The notes below the pieces were generated by a model. That model worked only from the letters and a program-made list of their open reading frames with translations, was not told the DNA's origin and made no database searches. A program made the position numbers and the translations under genes. A stretch of DNA of 64,000 bases from Dehalococcoidia bacterium (GTDB lineage Bacteria > Chloroflexota > Dehalococcoidia > UBA2979), in the NCBI GenBank assembly GCA_965262725.1, contig OZ253555.1:1536001-1600000 (forward strand), read 5' to 3'. Numbering within the stretch: the stretch's first letter is position 1; every line of letters begins with the position of its first letter. Below are positions 39,114-50,724 of this stretch, piece after piece.

Positions 39114-39935
39114 GTGCTGACCAAGCGGATCATCCCCTGTTTCGACGTGGACGCGGGACGCGTCGTGAAGGGCGTGTCCTTTGTCGACATCCGCGACGCC
39201 GGCGACCCGGTGGAGCTCGCTCGCGCCTACGACGAGGACGGCGCCGACGAGCTCGTCTTCCTGGACATTACCGCCTCGCACGAGGGTCGCGAGAGCACCT
39301 ATCAGATGATCGCGGAGACGGCCGATCAGGTCTTCATACCGCTGACTGTCGGGGGTGGGGTGCGCACACCCGGCGACATGCGCCGCATGCTCGAGCACGG
39401 CGCCGACAAGGTCGGCGTGAACACGGCGGCGGTGGAGCGTCCCGAGCTGATTGAGGAGGGCGCTCGTCGCTTTGGCTCGCAGTGCATCGTGGTCTCGATC
39501 GACGCCAAGCGGATCCCGTCCCCCGGTGGTCCGCCGCGCTGGCGGGTCTACACCCACGGCGGGCGGCGCGAGACGGAGCGCGATGCGATCGAGTGGGCCC
39601 GCGAGGCCACGGAGCGCGGCTCCGGCGAGCTCCTGGTCACGTCGATGGACAGCGATGGGCACCAGGAGGGCTACGATCTCGAGCTGCTCCGGCAGGTCGC
39701 CGGGGCCGTCGAGGTCCCGGTGATCGCCTCGGGAGGGGCGGGAGAGCCGGAGCACCTCTACCGCGCGCTGACGGAGGGTCGTGCGGACGCGGTCCTCGCG
39801 GCCTCGATCTTTCACTTCGGGCACTACGACATCGCTACGCTGAAGCGCTTCCTCGCCGATCGCGGCGTGGCAGTGCGTCCAATCGGCGAGGATCTCGCCG
39901 CGACGGCGACGGAGGTCCCCGATGCCCGACCCTGA
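39114..39935 (+). CDS. hisF: Imidazole glycerol phosphate synthase, cyclase subunit
   Basis: [27 protein letters not shown] and PVIASGGAG. Confidence 0.96.
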   Translation: MLTKRIIPCFDVDAGRVVKGVSFVDIRDAGDPVELARAYDEDGADELVFLDITASHEGRESTYQMIAETADQVFIPLTVGGGVRTPGDMRRMLEHGADKVGVNTAAVERPELIEEGARRFGSQCIVVSIDAKRIPSPGGPPRWRVYTHGGRRETERDAIEWAREATERGSGELLVTSMDSDGHQEGYDLELLRQVAGAVEVPVIASGGAGEPEHLYRALTEGRADAVLAASIFHFGHYDIATLKRFLADRGVAVRPIGEDLAATATEVPDARP

Positions 39936-40305
39936 CGAGCTGCGCTACGACGGGCAGGGACTGATCCCGGCGATCCTCCAGGACGCGGCGTCGGGTGAGG
40001 TGCTGATGCTCGGCTACATGAACCGAGAGACGGTGCGCCGCACGCTCGAGATCGGGCAGGCTGTCTTCTGGTCGCGTAGCCGGCAGGAGGTCTGGCACAA
40101 GGGCGCCACCTCCGGTGACTACGTGCGCGTGCTCTCGGTCGCCACCGACTGCGATGCCGACGCGCTGGTGCTCCAGGTGGAGCCCCTCGGGGGCGCGGTC
40201 TGCCACACCGGCGCCCGCTCCTGCTTCATCGAGGCGGGTGCCGGGGGCGACCCGCGGCCGGTGGTGCTCGGCGGCCCCGTGTCCCCGGCCGACGATCCGG
40301 AGTGA
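39922..40305 (+). CDS. hisI: Phosphoribosyl-AMP cyclohydrolase
   Basis: GLIPAI.QD, SRSR...W.KG.TSG, DCD.D and CHTG..SCF. Confidence 0.95.
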   Translation: MPDPDELRYDGQGLIPAILQDAASGEVLMLGYMNRETVRRTLEIGQAVFWSRSRQEVWHKGATSGDYVRVLSVATDCDADALVLQVEPLGGAVCHTGARSCFIEAGAGGDPRPVVLGGPVSPADDPE

Positions 40306-40402
40306 TCGACGAGGCCGCTGAGCCAGTCCGGAGGCGTTCTCGCAACACGCCGGCCGTGCGGCCAGATCGCGGGCCATCGTCGAGCCGGGATCGCTCCCCG
40401 GT

Positions 40403-41362
40403 CTACGGACCCGCGGCGGTTTCCACGCCCGCCTCTTCGGCGCGCGCACGCTCGAGTGCGGCCACCGCGACCTGGATCTGCTCGTCGTCCGGCGCGCGCG
40501 TCGTCAGGCGCTGGAGCGCGAGATTCCCCCAGAACGCCCACCGTACGAGGGGCGCCTGCGGCTGCGCCCCGGCGAAGCGAATCGCCTCGTAGGCGATCGC
40601 GGCGACGATCGGGATCAGCGCGACGCGCGATGCCAGCCACCAGGGGAGGGGCGGCGCACCGAGCGGAAGGAAGATCAGGCCCGCGACGACCGCCACGGCG
40701 AGCATGAACGAGGTCCCGCAGCGGGGATGCTCGCGCGGCTCGCGCCGGATTGCGGGGACCGTGAGATCGCGCCCGTGCTCGAGCGCCGCGATCGCCATGT
40801 GCTCGGCGGCGTGGTACTCGAAGAGCCTGCGCACGTCCGCCGCACGTCCGATCGCCCACACGTACCCGACGACGATCGCCACGCGCAGCAGCGCCTCGGC
40901 CGCGACGGCGAGCCACGGCGCTGGAAGCCGCGTGGCGAGCCACGCGGTCATCACGACCGGGAGCAGGAACACAATGATGGTAGCGACGAGCAGCGGGGCG
41001 AGCGCGCTCGCCCAGGCGCGCGCCCCGATCCGACCGAGGTCGTCCTCGTCGCGGAGGCTCCCGTCGGCGATAGCGCTCGACCAGGAGAGGGCGCGCGCGC
41101 CGAGCGCGATCGTCTCCCCCAGCGCCAGCATCCCGCGGAGCATGGGGACCCGCCGCTGGGGCCCGGTGAGAAGGCCCCCGAGGCGTCGGGCGTGGACGGC
41201 GATGCTCCCGTCGGGGCGGCGTACGGCCACCGCCATCGCGTGGGGGCCGCGGATCATCACGCCCTCGATCACTGCCTGCCCGCCGTAGGAGATCGGCGGG
41301 GTCGGGGCGCCCGGGCCCGGAGCGCGGATCACGCGGTCGCGGGGGGCGTCCGCGCGCGGCAC
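40403..41362 (-). CDS. DUF1385 (YqhQ-like) membrane protein (start uncertain)
   Basis: GGQAVIEGVM.RG, F.YH.AEH, HPRCGTSF and LQRLTT..P. Confidence 0.88.
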   Translation of the reverse strand: MPRADAPRDRVIRAPGPGAPTPPISYGGQAVIEGVMIRGPHAMAVAVRRPDGSIAVHARRLGGLLTGPQRRVPMLRGMLALGETIALGARALSWSSAIADGSLRDEDDLGRIGARAWASALAPLLVATIIVFLLPVVMTAWLATRLPAPWLAVAAEALLRVAIVVGYVWAIGRAADVRRLFEYHAAEHMAIAALEHGRDLTVPAIRREPREHPRCGTSFMLAVAVVAGLIFLPLGAPPLPWWLASRVALIPIVAAIAYEAIRFAGAQPQAPLVRWAFWGNLALQRLTTRAPDDEQIQVAVAALERARAEEAGVETAAGP

Positions 41363-41372
41363 CGCGCCGACG

Positions 41373-41636
41373 CTAGGGACCCTGGCCCTCGCTCGCCGGC
41401 AGGCCGTCGCCGTCCGCGCCGGGCTGCGCCGCTTCCGACGCGCGCGCGTAGCGGCGCCGGAAGCGCTCGACGCGGCCCGCCGTGTCGACGATGCGCTGCT
41501 CACCCGTGAAGTACGGGTGGCAGGCCGAGCAGACGTCCACGTGGATCTGCGACTTGGTTGATCGCGTGTCCCAGCTGTTCCCGCAGGCGCAGGTGATGGT
41601 CGTCTCGACGTAGTCGGGGTGTATCGTCGCCTTCAT
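41373..41636 (-). CDS. rpmE: 50S ribosomal protein L31 (Zn-binding type)
   Basis: MK..IHP.Y, C.CG, CS.CHP.FTG and GRVERF. Confidence 0.95.
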   Translation of the reverse strand: MKATIHPDYVETTITCACGNSWDTRSTKSQIHVDVCSACHPYFTGEQRIVDTAGRVERFRRRYARASEAAQPGADGDGLPASEGQGP

Positions 41637-41682
41637 GGCGCTCCTGTCCCGTGCGGGGCCGCGCGAGCCCTGTCGCGGCCTT

Positions 41683-41946
41683 CTACTCCCCGGCGGGGAG
41701 AATCGACACCTGCTTGCGCCGGCCCTTCGCGTACGGCGCGAACTTGACGGCGCCATCGACGCGTGCCCAGAGCGTGTGGTCACGGCCCACGCCGACGTTG
41801 GTACCGGCATGGATGCGGGTCCCGCGCTGCCTGACGAGAATCGACCCGGCCGTGACCACCTGGCCGTCGTAGCGCTTCACGCCGAGGCGCTGGGCGTTGG
41901 AATCACGACCGTTGCGGCTGGATCCACCGGACTTCTTGTGAGCCAT
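41683..41946 (-). CDS. rpmA: 50S ribosomal protein L27
   Basis: [21 protein letters not shown]. Confidence 0.97.
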   Translation of the reverse strand: MAHKKSGGSSRNGRDSNAQRLGVKRYDGQVVTAGSILVRQRGTRIHAGTNVGVGRDHTLWARVDGAVKFAPYAKGRRKQVSILPAGE

Positions 41947-41980
41947 TCCCGCCGTCTCCCTCTCAGCCGCCCGCGGCTCG

Positions 41981-42310
41981 CTACTCGCCCGGGATGATCG
42001 CGGTGACCGAGATCCTCGTGCGGTACTGCCGGTGGCCGCGCCGCGTGCGCTGCCTCGTCTTGTTCTTGTACTTCAGCATATGCTGACGGCGCCCGCGGTC
42101 CTGCATCTCGACGCGAGCGGTGACAGTCGCGCCCGGGACGAGCGGATCGCCGACAGCGATCTCCTCGTCTCCCTCCGTCTCGCGCCCGATAAGCAGCACG
42201 TCGCTCAGGGTCACCTCGTCGCCGATCTCGGCGTCGAGGCGCTCGATATCGATGCGGTCGCCCTCGCGCACGCGGTACTGCTTGCCGCCCGTGCGGACGA
42301 TCGCGAACAT
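41981..42310 (-). CDS. rplU: 50S ribosomal protein L21
   Basis: [14 protein letters not shown] and GHRQ. Confidence 0.96.
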   Translation of the reverse strand: MFAIVRTGGKQYRVREGDRIDIERLDAEIGDEVTLSDVLLIGRETEGDEEIAVGDPLVPGATVTARVEMQDRGRRQHMLKYKNKTRQRTRRGHRQYRTRISVTAIIPGE

Positions 42311-42434
42311 AGGACCCCCTGCGATGCGTGGTGCGATCCGAGTCTAGGCAGGGCCTGAGGCGCGGTCAATCGAGCACCACGGTGGTGGGGGCGGCCCGAC
42401 CGGATCGAGCCGCGCACGGGTAACGAGGCGCCTT

Positions 42435-43163
42435 CTGGATACTGTATTCGATGTCCTCACCGCGCCACTCGATGCGCTCAACTGGCTCACCGATCAGATC
42501 TTCCTGTTCCTGCACGGCCTCTTCGAGCGCTTCGGCACGCCGATCGTCTTCCTCGCCGCGCTCGCCGAGGCGACCGTCGGCGTGGGGCTCGTCTTCCCGG
42601 GCGTGGTACTGCTCTTTCTCGGGGGCGCCTTCGCCGGCAGCGACGGTCCGACGCTCGCGCTGGTGCTGGCCTTCGGCATCGCCGGCACGGTGCTCGGCGA
42701 CGTGCTCTCCTACGTCCTCGGGCGCTACGGGATCGGGCGGCTCGCCTCCGCCCGCCTCGCCCCCGTCATCCGCCTCGGCGAGGTGGTGATGTCAGGGCGC
42801 ACGCGCTGGCTCATCCCGTTCTATCACCTCCACAGCGCGACGCGGGCAGTGGGCCCCTTCGGCTCGGGCGTGATCCGGTTGCCGTGGCACTTCTGGCTGC
42901 CTCTGGACGTCGCGGGCGCGGTGATCGCGAACTCCGTCTGGATCGGGTCCGGCGCGTTGCTCGGGCGTGCGGTTCTCACCGACGACGGCCGGCTCGAGCA
43001 GCATCCCGTGCTGCGCATTGGCCTGCTGGTCGTTGCGGTGACGTGGCTACTGCTGATGCGGCGCGTCGTCGGCCGGAAGGTCCACGAGCTCCGTGCGAGC
43101 CAGCCCCTGCGATCGGGCGAGAGCGATGCCATCCCCCTGGACGCGGGGGACCGGCAATCATGA
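42435..43163 (+). CDS. DedA family membrane protein (probable CTG start)
   Basis: F.AAL.E...GVGLVFPG, G.VLGD.LSY.LGR and P..SG...LPW..W. The frame stays open upstream of the tracked GTG at 42582. Confidence 0.8.
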   Translation: MDTVFDVLTAPLDALNWLTDQIFLFLHGLFERFGTPIVFLAALAEATVGVGLVFPGVVLLFLGGAFAGSDGPTLALVLAFGIAGTVLGDVLSYVLGRYGIGRLASARLAPVIRLGEVVMSGRTRWLIPFYHLHSATRAVGPFGSGVIRLPWHFWLPLDVAGAVIANSVWIGSGALLGRAVLTDDGRLEQHPVLRIGLLVVAVTWLLLMRRVVGRKVHELRASQPLRSGESDAIPLDAGDRQS

Positions 43164-43542
43164 CCGGGGCGCGGACGGACCGCAGGTAACGGCATCACGC
43201 CGCCAGGCGACCGCGACGGTCATCGGGGCGGATTCGCAGCGGCGCCTGGCATTGCGGTCCTGCGCGCGGGCCGGCGCTGTCGGCACGGCCTCGAGCACGA
43301 CGACGCCGAGGACCAGAGCGCCGGCCCCCACAGCCGATCCGCGATCGTCCCGATGACCTGCTGGGCAGGACGCCGAACGAGCGCGTCTCGCGGGTCAGGG
43401 TGCGGGCGATGTCGGCCGCGTGGCGCCATGGTCGCCGGAAGGGAGCTCGTCGTCGCGATCTCGGTGTGGCGGCACGCCACGCCGGATGGCGTGGCTGGTG
43501 GACGACGGCCCCAGGGCCTGCGCGCGGCTGCGGGAACGACGG

Positions 43543-45531
43543 CTAGTCGGCGGCAGGCGGCGCGGCGGCGCTCGATTGGCCCCATGCGAGCCCGGGCCGG
43601 CCCTGGGGACGCTCCGGACCGTCGGCCGGAGAGCCGTCTGCGCCGGCCGTGCTGCCCCGCGGGGAGTCGCGCCCCGGGGGCGCCTCGTCGGCCGGGGGAA
43701 CGTCCCGGTTCTCGGCCGGGCCGAGCAGCCGCGTCAGCGTGTCGCCCTCGATCGTCTCTTCCTCGACGAGGGCCGCGGCGAGCTCATCGAGCTTGTCGCG
43801 GTGCGCGCGCAGCACGTCGTGGCAGCGCTCGCGGGCGCGCTCCACGATGCGGCTCACCTCGTCGTCGATCTCCTCGGCAGTGCGCTCGGAGTAGTCGCGC
43901 TGCTCGGCGATGTCGCGGCCGAGGAAGATCATGGAGTCGCGCCGGCCGAAGGTGCGCGGCCCGAGGCGCTCGCTCATTCCCCACTGCGTCACCATCTCGC
44001 GGGCGATATGCGTCACCTTGCCGATGTCGTCGTGCGCGCCGGTGGTGGGGTGTCCGAAGACGATTTCCTCGGCCGCGTGCCCGCCCAGCGCCTGCGCCAT
44101 CATCGCGTCGTAGTAGCGGCGGTCGTGCAGCCGCCGGTCGTCCTTGGGGATGGAACGGGTGAAGCCGCCGGCCATCCCGCGCGCCACGATCGTGACCTTG
44201 TAGACGGGGTCGGCCTCCGGCATGAAGTGGGCGGCCACCGTGTGCCCCGCCTCGTGGTAGGCGATGATCTGCTTCTCCTCCGGCGTGATCACGCGTGACT
44301 TGCGCTCGGGGCCGGCGATCACGCGGTCGACCGCCTCGTTCATCTCGTCCATGCCCAAACGCTTCTTGTTGCGCCGGGCCGCGAGGATCGCTGCCTCATT
44401 CACGAGGTTCGCGAGGTCGGCGCCGGAGAAGCCCGGCGTCTGCTTTGCGACGACATCGAGCGAGACCACCGACTCCAGGGGCTTTCCGCGCACGTGCACA
44501 TCGAGCACCGCACGCCGTCCTCGGACGTCCGGCAGGTCCAGCGTGACCTGCCGGTCGAACCGGCCCGGGCGCAAGAGCGCCGGGTCGAGGATGTCGGGGC
44601 GGTTCGTCGCAGCGACGACGATGACGTTGGCGTTGGAGTCGAAGCCGTCCATCTCGACGAGGATCTGGTTTAGCGTCTGCTCGCGCTCGTCGTGCGATCC
44701 GCCGAGACCCGCGCCCCGCTGACGGCCGACGGCGTCGATCTCGTCAACGAAGACAATCGCTGGCGCGTTGCGCTTCGCCTGCTCGAAGAGGTCGCGCACC
44801 CGGCTGGCGCCGACGCCGACGAACATCTCGACGAACTCGGAGCCCGAGATCGAGAAGAAGGGGACGCCGGCCTCGCCGGCGACCGCCCGCGCCAGGAGCG
44901 TCTTCCCGGTGCCGGGCGCGCCGACGAGCAGCACGCCGTGCGGGATGCGGGCCCCGAGCGCGGCGAACTTCTCCGGGTACTTGAGGAATTCGACGATTTC
45001 GGCGAGTTCGATCTTCGCCTCCTCCTGCCCGGCGACGTCGAGGAATGTCACCGTGGAGCTCTCGCTGGAGAAGACCCGCGCCTTGCTCTTGCCGAAGGAC
45101 ATGGCCTGCGAGTTCGAGCCCTGCGCCTGGCGCATCATGAAGATGAGGATGGCGCCGAAGATGATCAGCGGGAGGAAGTTGAAGAGCAGCCCGAAGACGT
45201 TACCGAACTGGCCCGGGCCATTGACAGTGACCTCGACGGCGCCCTCGCCGGCGCCGACGGGGATGCCGTTGTCCCGGAGCAACTCCTCGATCGAGCTGGA
45301 GTTCTCCTTGCGCGAGCGGACCGGCTCCTGCTCGCTGCGGAGCTCGACGAGCAGGCTGTCACCGGTGACCTCGATGCGCTCGACGTTGCCGGCCTGGGCC
45401 TGGCCGATCACCTCCGAGAGGGCGACCTCTCGCGAGCCGCTCTCCGGGCGGAAGAGCATCACCACGGCGAGCACGATCGCGACGAGGATGAGCAGGTAGA
45501 TGAAGGAGTTGCGGACCCAGCGTGAACTCAT
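43543..45531 (-). CDS. ftsH: ATP-dependent zinc metalloprotease FtsH
   Basis: Two TM segments, [21 protein letters not shown] and HEAGH. Confidence 0.97.
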   Translation of the reverse strand: MSSRWVRNSFIYLLILVAIVLAVVMLFRPESGSREVALSEVIGQAQAGNVERIEVTGDSLLVELRSEQEPVRSRKENSSSIEELLRDNGIPVGAGEGAVEVTVNGPGQFGNVFGLLFNFLPLIIFGAILIFMMRQAQGSNSQAMSFGKSKARVFSSESSTVTFLDVAGQEEAKIELAEIVEFLKYPEKFAALGARIPHGVLLVGAPGTGKTLLARAVAGEAGVPFFSISGSEFVEMFVGVGASRVRDLFEQAKRNAPAIVFVDEIDAVGRQRGAGLGGSHDEREQTLNQILVEMDGFDSNANVIVVAATNRPDILDPALLRPGRFDRQVTLDLPDVRGRRAVLDVHVRGKPLESVVSLDVVAKQTPGFSGADLANLVNEAAILAARRNKKRLGMDEMNEAVDRVIAGPERKSRVITPEEKQIIAYHEAGHTVAAHFMPEADPVYKVTIVARGMAGGFTRSIPKDDRRLHDRRYYDAMMAQALGGHAAEEIVFGHPTTGAHDDIGKVTHIAREMVTQWGMSERLGPRTFGRRDSMIFLGRDIAEQRDYSERTAEEIDDEVSRIVERARERCHDVLRAHRDKLDELAAALVEEETIEGDTLTRLLGPAENRDVPPADEAPPGRDSPRGSTAGADGSPADGPERPQGRPGLAWGQSSAAAPPAAD

Positions 45532-45736
45532 GAGATCCCCGGAGTCCCCTCCGCCGTGGCCCGCTGGTCTGACGTCCGCCCGCGCCGATGGGGCATCGCC
45601 GAGCCCAGCCGGGGCGCCCGCGAATGCCCCATCGTATCCAGTCTAGCATCCGCGTCGCGGCGGCCGCCCCACTCACGGCGCGCCCGGAAGTGTGGCATCG
45701 CCTCGGCGCTCCGAGCGGCTCGGCGCCGCAAGCTGG

Positions 45737-45943
45737 CTACTCCTCGTCGTCCTCGTCGTCCTGGTCCACGTAGAGTCTTCCGTCCCACGCCCAGTCCTCC
45801 ACCGAGTACTCGCTGAAGAGCACGTGCGTCTGCTCCGGCCGCGTGTGCGCGATGTTGCAGACGGCGTCGGTGATCACGCGCACGAGCTCGCGCTTCTGCG
45901 CGAGCGTGCGACCCGGCAGCATCTCGATGCGGACGATCGGCAT
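45737..45943 (-). CDS. 4-oxalocrotonate tautomerase family protein
   Basis: MPIVRIEML.GRT..QKRELV..IT with Pro-1. GGAGG RBS. Confidence 0.88.
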   Translation of the reverse strand: MPIVRIEMLPGRTLAQKRELVRVITDAVCNIAHTRPEQTHVLFSEYSVEDWAWDGRLYVDQDDEDDEE

Positions 45944-46047
45944 CACGTCACCTCCCTCGTCCCGACGCCGCGATCGTGCGTCCCCGCGCCGGGGTGTGCA
46001 ACAACTGCTCGATTGCCTGAGCGGATTCGCTTCGCATAGGATGCCGC

Positions 46048-46737
46048 ATGGTGCCCGCCGCGCCGTCCGCCGCCGCCGAGAGGGCGCCCCGCCGGTCGCT
46101 TCCGACCCTGCGGGTCGAGCGGGCACTCCGCCGCGAGGGGTACACCCGCGTCGCCGGCGTCGACGAGGTCGGGCGGGGGCCGCTCGCCGGGCCGGTCGTG
46201 GCCGCCGCCGTCGTGCTGCCGGAGCGCCCCGCGCGGTGGCTCTCGGAGCTCCGAGACTCGAAGCTGCTCTCCCCGCGGCAACGCGAGCGTCTCGCCGAGC
46301 TGGTTCGCAGCCACTGCGAGTGGGGGATCGGCACCGTCTCCGCGCAGGTCATCGACCAGATCGGGATCGGGCCGGCCACGCGGCTGGCGATGCGGCGCGC
46401 CGTGCTCGCGCTCCCACGGGATCCCGACGCCCTGATCGTGGACGGTCGCGAGCGGTTGGAGCACGGGGCGAGGCAGCAGCCCATGGTGGGGGCGGATGCG
46501 CGCTGCCGCTCGGTCGCGGCGGCCAGCATCATCGCGAAGGTCGCCCGCGACGCGATGATGGTCGAGCTCGACGCGCGGCTTCCCGGATACGGCTTCGCGC
46601 GCCACGTCGGCTACGCCACCGCAGAGCACCGCGAGAGGCTGGACCGCCTCGGCTACAGCACGGCGCACCGCCTGACCTTCGAGCCGGTGCGGCGCACGCT
46701 GGCCGCGCGGGCCGGGGGCGGCGCGGCGCAGCGTTGA
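46048..46737 (+). CDS. rnhB: Ribonuclease HII
   Basis: AGVDEVGRGPLAGPV, DSK.L, VDG and SVAAASIIAKV.RD. Confidence 0.95.
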   Translation: MVPAAPSAAAERAPRRSLPTLRVERALRREGYTRVAGVDEVGRGPLAGPVVAAAVVLPERPARWLSELRDSKLLSPRQRERLAELVRSHCEWGIGTVSAQVIDQIGIGPATRLAMRRAVLALPRDPDALIVDGRERLEHGARQQPMVGADARCRSVAAASIIAKVARDAMMVELDARLPGYGFARHVGYATAEHRERLDRLGYSTAHRLTFEPVRRTLAARAGGGAAQR

Positions 46738-46848
46738 CGGCTGCCGCCCCGGCCCGGCGGTCCCGGGGACCGCGCCCTCCCGCCGGGCGACGCCGCTCGC
46801 TACACTGACCGCGACCGACCGCGATGATGCTCACGAGGTCAACCGGCG

Positions 46849-47079
46849 ATGCCGCTCTATCCCTACCACTGCCGCTCGTGCGGCGAGACGACGGAAATCT
46901 TCGCGCGCACACTCCGCGAGGACCTCGCCCCGAAGCTCCTCTGCTCGCACTGCGGCTCGCGCGACATCGAGCGTCGCCTGACGCCGCCGCGCCTGCCGGC
47001 GGACGCGGGGGCGGTTCTCGAGATGCTGCGCCGCCGCGGGGAGGCGGATGGTCTCGGGCGCTCCCGCCAGGACGGGTAG
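46849..47079 (+). CDS. FmdB-family zinc-ribbon protein
   Basis: MPLY.Y.C..CG ... C..CGS. Confidence 0.75.
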   Translation: MPLYPYHCRSCGETTEIFARTLREDLAPKLLCSHCGSRDIERRLTPPRLPADAGAVLEMLRRRGEADGLGRSRQDG

Positions 47080-47082
47080 CGC

Positions 47083-47406
47083 GTGCCGCTCTTCGAGTAT
47101 CACTGCGCCGCCTGCTCCCGCCCGACGGAACTCTTGGTGCGATCGGGGGAGGCGCCGGAGCACCCGGCGTGCGGGCACTGCGGATCGCGGCGGACCAGCC
47201 GCCAGCTCTCGCGCTTCCGGCGCGGCCGGACCGATGCCGATGTCGCCGCCGAGTCGAGCGGCGCGGGGGTCGACGATCCGCGGATGCTCGGCCGGTGGGT
47301 CGAGCGCCGCTTCGAGCAGTACGGGATGGAGATCCCCGACGGGGCGCGCGAGGTGATCGATGCGGCGCGCGAGGGGGAGCTCCCCGGCCCGCTCGAGGAT
47401 CTCTGA
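47083..47406 (+). CDS. FmdB-family zinc-ribbon protein
   Basis: MPLFEY.C..C ... C..CGS ... DDPR...RW. Confidence 0.8.
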   Translation: MPLFEYHCAACSRPTELLVRSGEAPEHPACGHCGSRRTSRQLSRFRRGRTDADVAAESSGAGVDDPRMLGRWVERRFEQYGMEIPDGAREVIDAAREGELPGPLEDL

Positions 47407-47552
47407 CGCCCCGGAGGCGGTTCCGTACGCGCCGCGGCGAACCCCCCGCCGGTTCCGCCGGATGCACACACGGACCTCCGTCTCCGCCGTGGCCCGTAAA
47501 GCGGGCCCGCGCCTAGTATTTCGGCGTCCGGCGGTGGGATAACGCGGAGGAA

Positions 47553-49667
47553 TTGATGGAAGTCCTGTACCTGGCGTTGGCGGCGGGGATCCTCGCCCTC
47601 TTGTTCGGCGTCCTCGTCACACGGCAGATCGTCGCCGAGGATGAGGGCGACGAGACGATGCAGGGCATCGCGAGCGCGATCCAGGCGGGCGCCGCCGCCT
47701 TCCTGAAGCGCGAGTACACGTTCCTCTCGGTGTTCGTCGTGGCGGTCGCCGTCGTGATCGCGCTCTTCGTCGACGTCGACGTGACCGGAAAGTACGACGA
47801 CCTTGGTCTCGGAGAGGGCGGCCGCGCGGCCGACTTCCCGCGGACCACGCTCGCCTACCTGCTCGGAGCCGTCACGTCGGCGTCGGCGGGCTACATCGGG
47901 ATGTGGGTTGCCGTTCGCGCCAACGTGCGGACGACCGCCAAGGCCCGCACCGGGCTCAATCCGGCGCTCCGCGTCGCCTTCTCGTCGGGGACGGTCATGG
48001 GCATGACCGTGGTTGGCCTGAGCCTTACGGCGATCACCGCGCTCTACCTCGGGTTCGAGTCGGTGGAGCCGCTCACCGGCTTTGCCTTCGGCGCCTCCTC
48101 CATCGCGCTCTTCGCGCGCGTGGGGGGCGGCATCTTTACGAAGGCCGCCGACGTCGGCGCCGACCTCGTGGGGAAGGTCGAGGCGGGCATCCCCGAGGAC
48201 GACCCGCGCAACCCCGCGTCGATCGCGGACAACGTCGGCGACAACGTCGGCGACGTTGCGGGGATGGGCGCCGACCTCTTCGAGTCCTACTCCGGCTCGA
48301 TCGTCGCGACGATGACGCTGGCCGCGGTCGCCGTGATCGGATCCGGGAGCGTGGGGGCGAACCCGGTCTTCGACGGCGCCGCGCTCGGGATCCTGACCGC
48401 GGGTGGCGGGTTGCTCTTCGACTCGGAGCCGCTCGTGCTGCCGCTTCTGGTGATGGCGATCGGGATCGCCTCCTCGATCCTTGGCACGTTCCTGGTGCGG
48501 ACCGGCGAGCAGGCGAGCATGGGGCGCCTCCTGTGGGCTCTGCGGGCCGGCATCTTCGGCGCGGGCGGGCTGGTCCTGATCGGGACCGCGATCGCCGTCG
48601 TGGCTCTCGGCCTCTCGTTCGACCTCTTCTGGGCGGTGCTCGTCGGCCTGGTGGCGGGGCAGGTGATCGGCACGGCGACCGAGTACTTCACGGCCTACGA
48701 GTACGGGCCGACGCGGAAACTCGCGGCGCAGGCGGAGACGGGCCCGGCGACGATCATCATCGGCGGACTCTCCGTCGGCATGCTCTCGACCGTGATCCCG
48801 CTCCTCGCGATCGTCGCGGCGATCTGGGTCACCTTCGACCTGGCGGGCCTCTACGGCATCGCGCTCGCCGCCGTCGGGATGCTCTCGACGCTCGGCATCA
48901 CGCTCGCCTCGGATGCCTACGGTCCGGTCGCCGACAACGCCGGGGGAATCGCCGAACAGGCGCGCCTGGCACCGGAGGTCCGGGAGCGCACGGATGCGCT
49001 CGACTCCCTGGGCAACACAACGGCGGCGACGGGGAAGGGCTTCGCCATCGGCTCGGCGGTCCTGACCGCGCTCGCGCTGATGGTGACCTACTCGCAGATC
49101 ACCGGCCTCTCAAGCTTCGACCTGCTCGTGGTCGAGGTGCTCCTCGGCTTCCTGATCGGCTCGCTGATGCCCTTCGTCTTCAGCGCGCTGACGATGGGCG
49201 CCGTGGGGCGCGCCGCGATGGCGATGGTGAACGAAGTCCGGCGCCAGTTCCGTGAGCACCCCGGCATCATGGACGGGAGCGAGTCGCCCGACCCGGAGCG
49301 CGCCGTTGCGATCGCCACCGACGGCGCAATCCGAGAGATGGTGCTTCCCGGCACCATCGCCGTGGTCGTGCCGGTGGTGGTCGGCATCTTCATCGGTCCG
49401 GACGCCCTCGGGGGGCTGCTCGTCGGCTCGATCGGGTCGGGCGCGCTGCTGGCCCTGATGATGGCGAACGCGGGCGGCGCATGGGACAACGCGAAGAAGT
49501 ACATCGAGGCCGGTCACCTCGGCGGCAAGGGCTCGGAGGCGCACAAGGCCGCCGTTGTCGGCGATACCGTGGGCGACCCGTTCAAGGACACGTCGGGTCC
49601 CGCCCTGAACATCCTGCTCAAGCTGATGGCGATCGTCGCCGTCGTCTTCGGCCCGCTCTTCCTCTGA
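47553..49667 (+). CDS. hppA: Membrane-bound ion-translocating pyrophosphatase (K+-dependent type)
   Basis: [28 protein letters not shown] and [16 protein letters not shown] (Ala rather than Lys) marks the K+-dependent subfamily, which includes Na+-PPases. Confidence 0.95.
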   Translation: MMEVLYLALAAGILALLFGVLVTRQIVAEDEGDETMQGIASAIQAGAAAFLKREYTFLSVFVVAVAVVIALFVDVDVTGKYDDLGLGEGGRAADFPRTTLAYLLGAVTSASAGYIGMWVAVRANVRTTAKARTGLNPALRVAFSSGTVMGMTVVGLSLTAITALYLGFESVEPLTGFAFGASSIALFARVGGGIFTKAADVGADLVGKVEAGIPEDDPRNPASIADNVGDNVGDVAGMGADLFESYSGSIVATMTLAAVAVIGSGSVGANPVFDGAALGILTAGGGLLFDSEPLVLPLLVMAIGIASSILGTFLVRTGEQASMGRLLWALRAGIFGAGGLVLIGTAIAVVALGLSFDLFWAVLVGLVAGQVIGTATEYFTAYEYGPTRKLAAQAETGPATIIIGGLSVGMLSTVIPLLAIVAAIWVTFDLAGLYGIALAAVGMLSTLGITLASDAYGPVADNAGGIAEQARLAPEVRERTDALDSLGNTTAATGKGFAIGSAVLTALALMVTYSQITGLSSFDLLVVEVLLGFLIGSLMPFVFSALTMGAVGRAAMAMVNEVRRQFREHPGIMDGSESPDPERAVAIATDGAIREMVLPGTIAVVVPVVVGIFIGPDALGGLLVGSIGSGALLALMMANAGGAWDNAKKYIEAGHLGGKGSEAHKAAVVGDTVGDPFKDTSGPALNILLKLMAIVAVVFGPLFL

Positions 49668-49740
49668 GTGGGGGCGCACCCGGGGTGCCCCTCAGGCGGG
49701 GATCGCTTCGGCTAGACGCCCTCCCCTGCCGGCGGGCCGT

Positions 49741-50379
49741 CTAGCCCCGCCCCAGGCCCGCGAAGGGGTTCGAGCGCTTCTCGTCGCCGATCGTGGTGGC
49801 GGGGCCGTGGCCCGGATAGACGACGGTGTCCTCGGGCAGCGCGAAGAGGTGCTCGCGGATCGCGCCGATGAGCTGCTCGTGGCTCCCGCCCTCGAAGTCC
49901 GTGCGCCCGACCGAGCCCTGGAACAGCACGTCCCCGGTGAAGACGGCCCCCGGGCCGCTCACGCAGATGCTGCCGGGCGTGTGACCCGGCGTGTGCAGGG
50001 CACCCAGCGTCACCGACCCGATCTCGATCGTGTCGCCGTGTTCGAGGTAGCGGTCCGGGGCGCGGGGGACGGTGACGGCGTGGCCGTACCACTCGCTCAC
50101 GTTCGCGGCGTTCACCGCGATCCGCGGGTAGTCCTCCGCGTGCATCAGGAACTGCGCGCCGGGGGACCCCTCTAGCAGCTCGTGGACGGCCCCGGAGTGG
50201 TCGACGTGGAAGTGGGTGGCGAGCACGCCGACCACGAGCAGCTCGCGCTTGGCCAGCTCCTGGAGGACGGTCGGCCCCTGATCGCCCGGGTCGATGACGA
50301 GCACCTCGCGGCTCTCCTCATCGCCGACGACGTAGCAGTTAGCCTGGAGCTGCCCGACGACGAAGCCCTGGAGCAGCAC
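49741..50379 (-). CDS. MBL-fold metallo-hydrolase (glyoxalase II-like)
   Basis: THFHVDH, TPGHTPG, FTGD.LF..SVGRTD and YPGHG. Confidence 0.92.
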   Translation of the reverse strand: MLLQGFVVGQLQANCYVVGDEESREVLVIDPGDQGPTVLQELAKRELLVVGVLATHFHVDHSGAVHELLEGSPGAQFLMHAEDYPRIAVNAANVSEWYGHAVTVPRAPDRYLEHGDTIEIGSVTLGALHTPGHTPGSICVSGPGAVFTGDVLFQGSVGRTDFEGGSHEQLIGAIREHLFALPEDTVVYPGHGPATTIGDEKRSNPFAGLGRG

Positions 50380-50522
50380 GCGAGCCTCCCGTCCCCCGGC
50401 ACGCCAGCCTGCCACGGCGCCGCGCGTGGTGCACGCTCGTCGGCTCCCGGGCGGCCGTCACGGGCGCAGGACAGCAGCGGTGGGGGCCGATGCTCTCCGC
50501 CGCGATGCGCCGGTGGTGGGAG

Positions 50523-50669
50523 TCAGCTGCTCCCCGGTGCGTCGCCGGGGGCGCGGGCGGCGTCGAGCTCGTCGCGGGCGGAGAGGATGACCGCCGCCGC
50601 GGTGCCGGCTGCGGTCCCGAGCAGCAGTGCGAGGAGCAGACGCACCTCGATGGCCCCCGTCTCAGGCAC
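50523..50669 (-). CDS. Tiny single-TM hypothetical protein
   Basis: RLLLALLLGTAAGTAAAVIL, which resembles the neighbouring small ORF. Confidence 0.35.
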   Translation of the reverse strand: MPETGAIEVRLLLALLLGTAAGTAAAVILSARDELDAARAPGDAPGSS

Positions 50670-50724
50670 GCCCCGCCGCCGCCAAGATGGTACCAGTCCC
50701 CGCCCGCGTCCGCGCCCCCGGTTC

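Noticed and set aside
43164-43542. Possible gene or pseudogene between dedA and ftsH
   Set aside because: No frame gives a convincing protein or recognisable motif.
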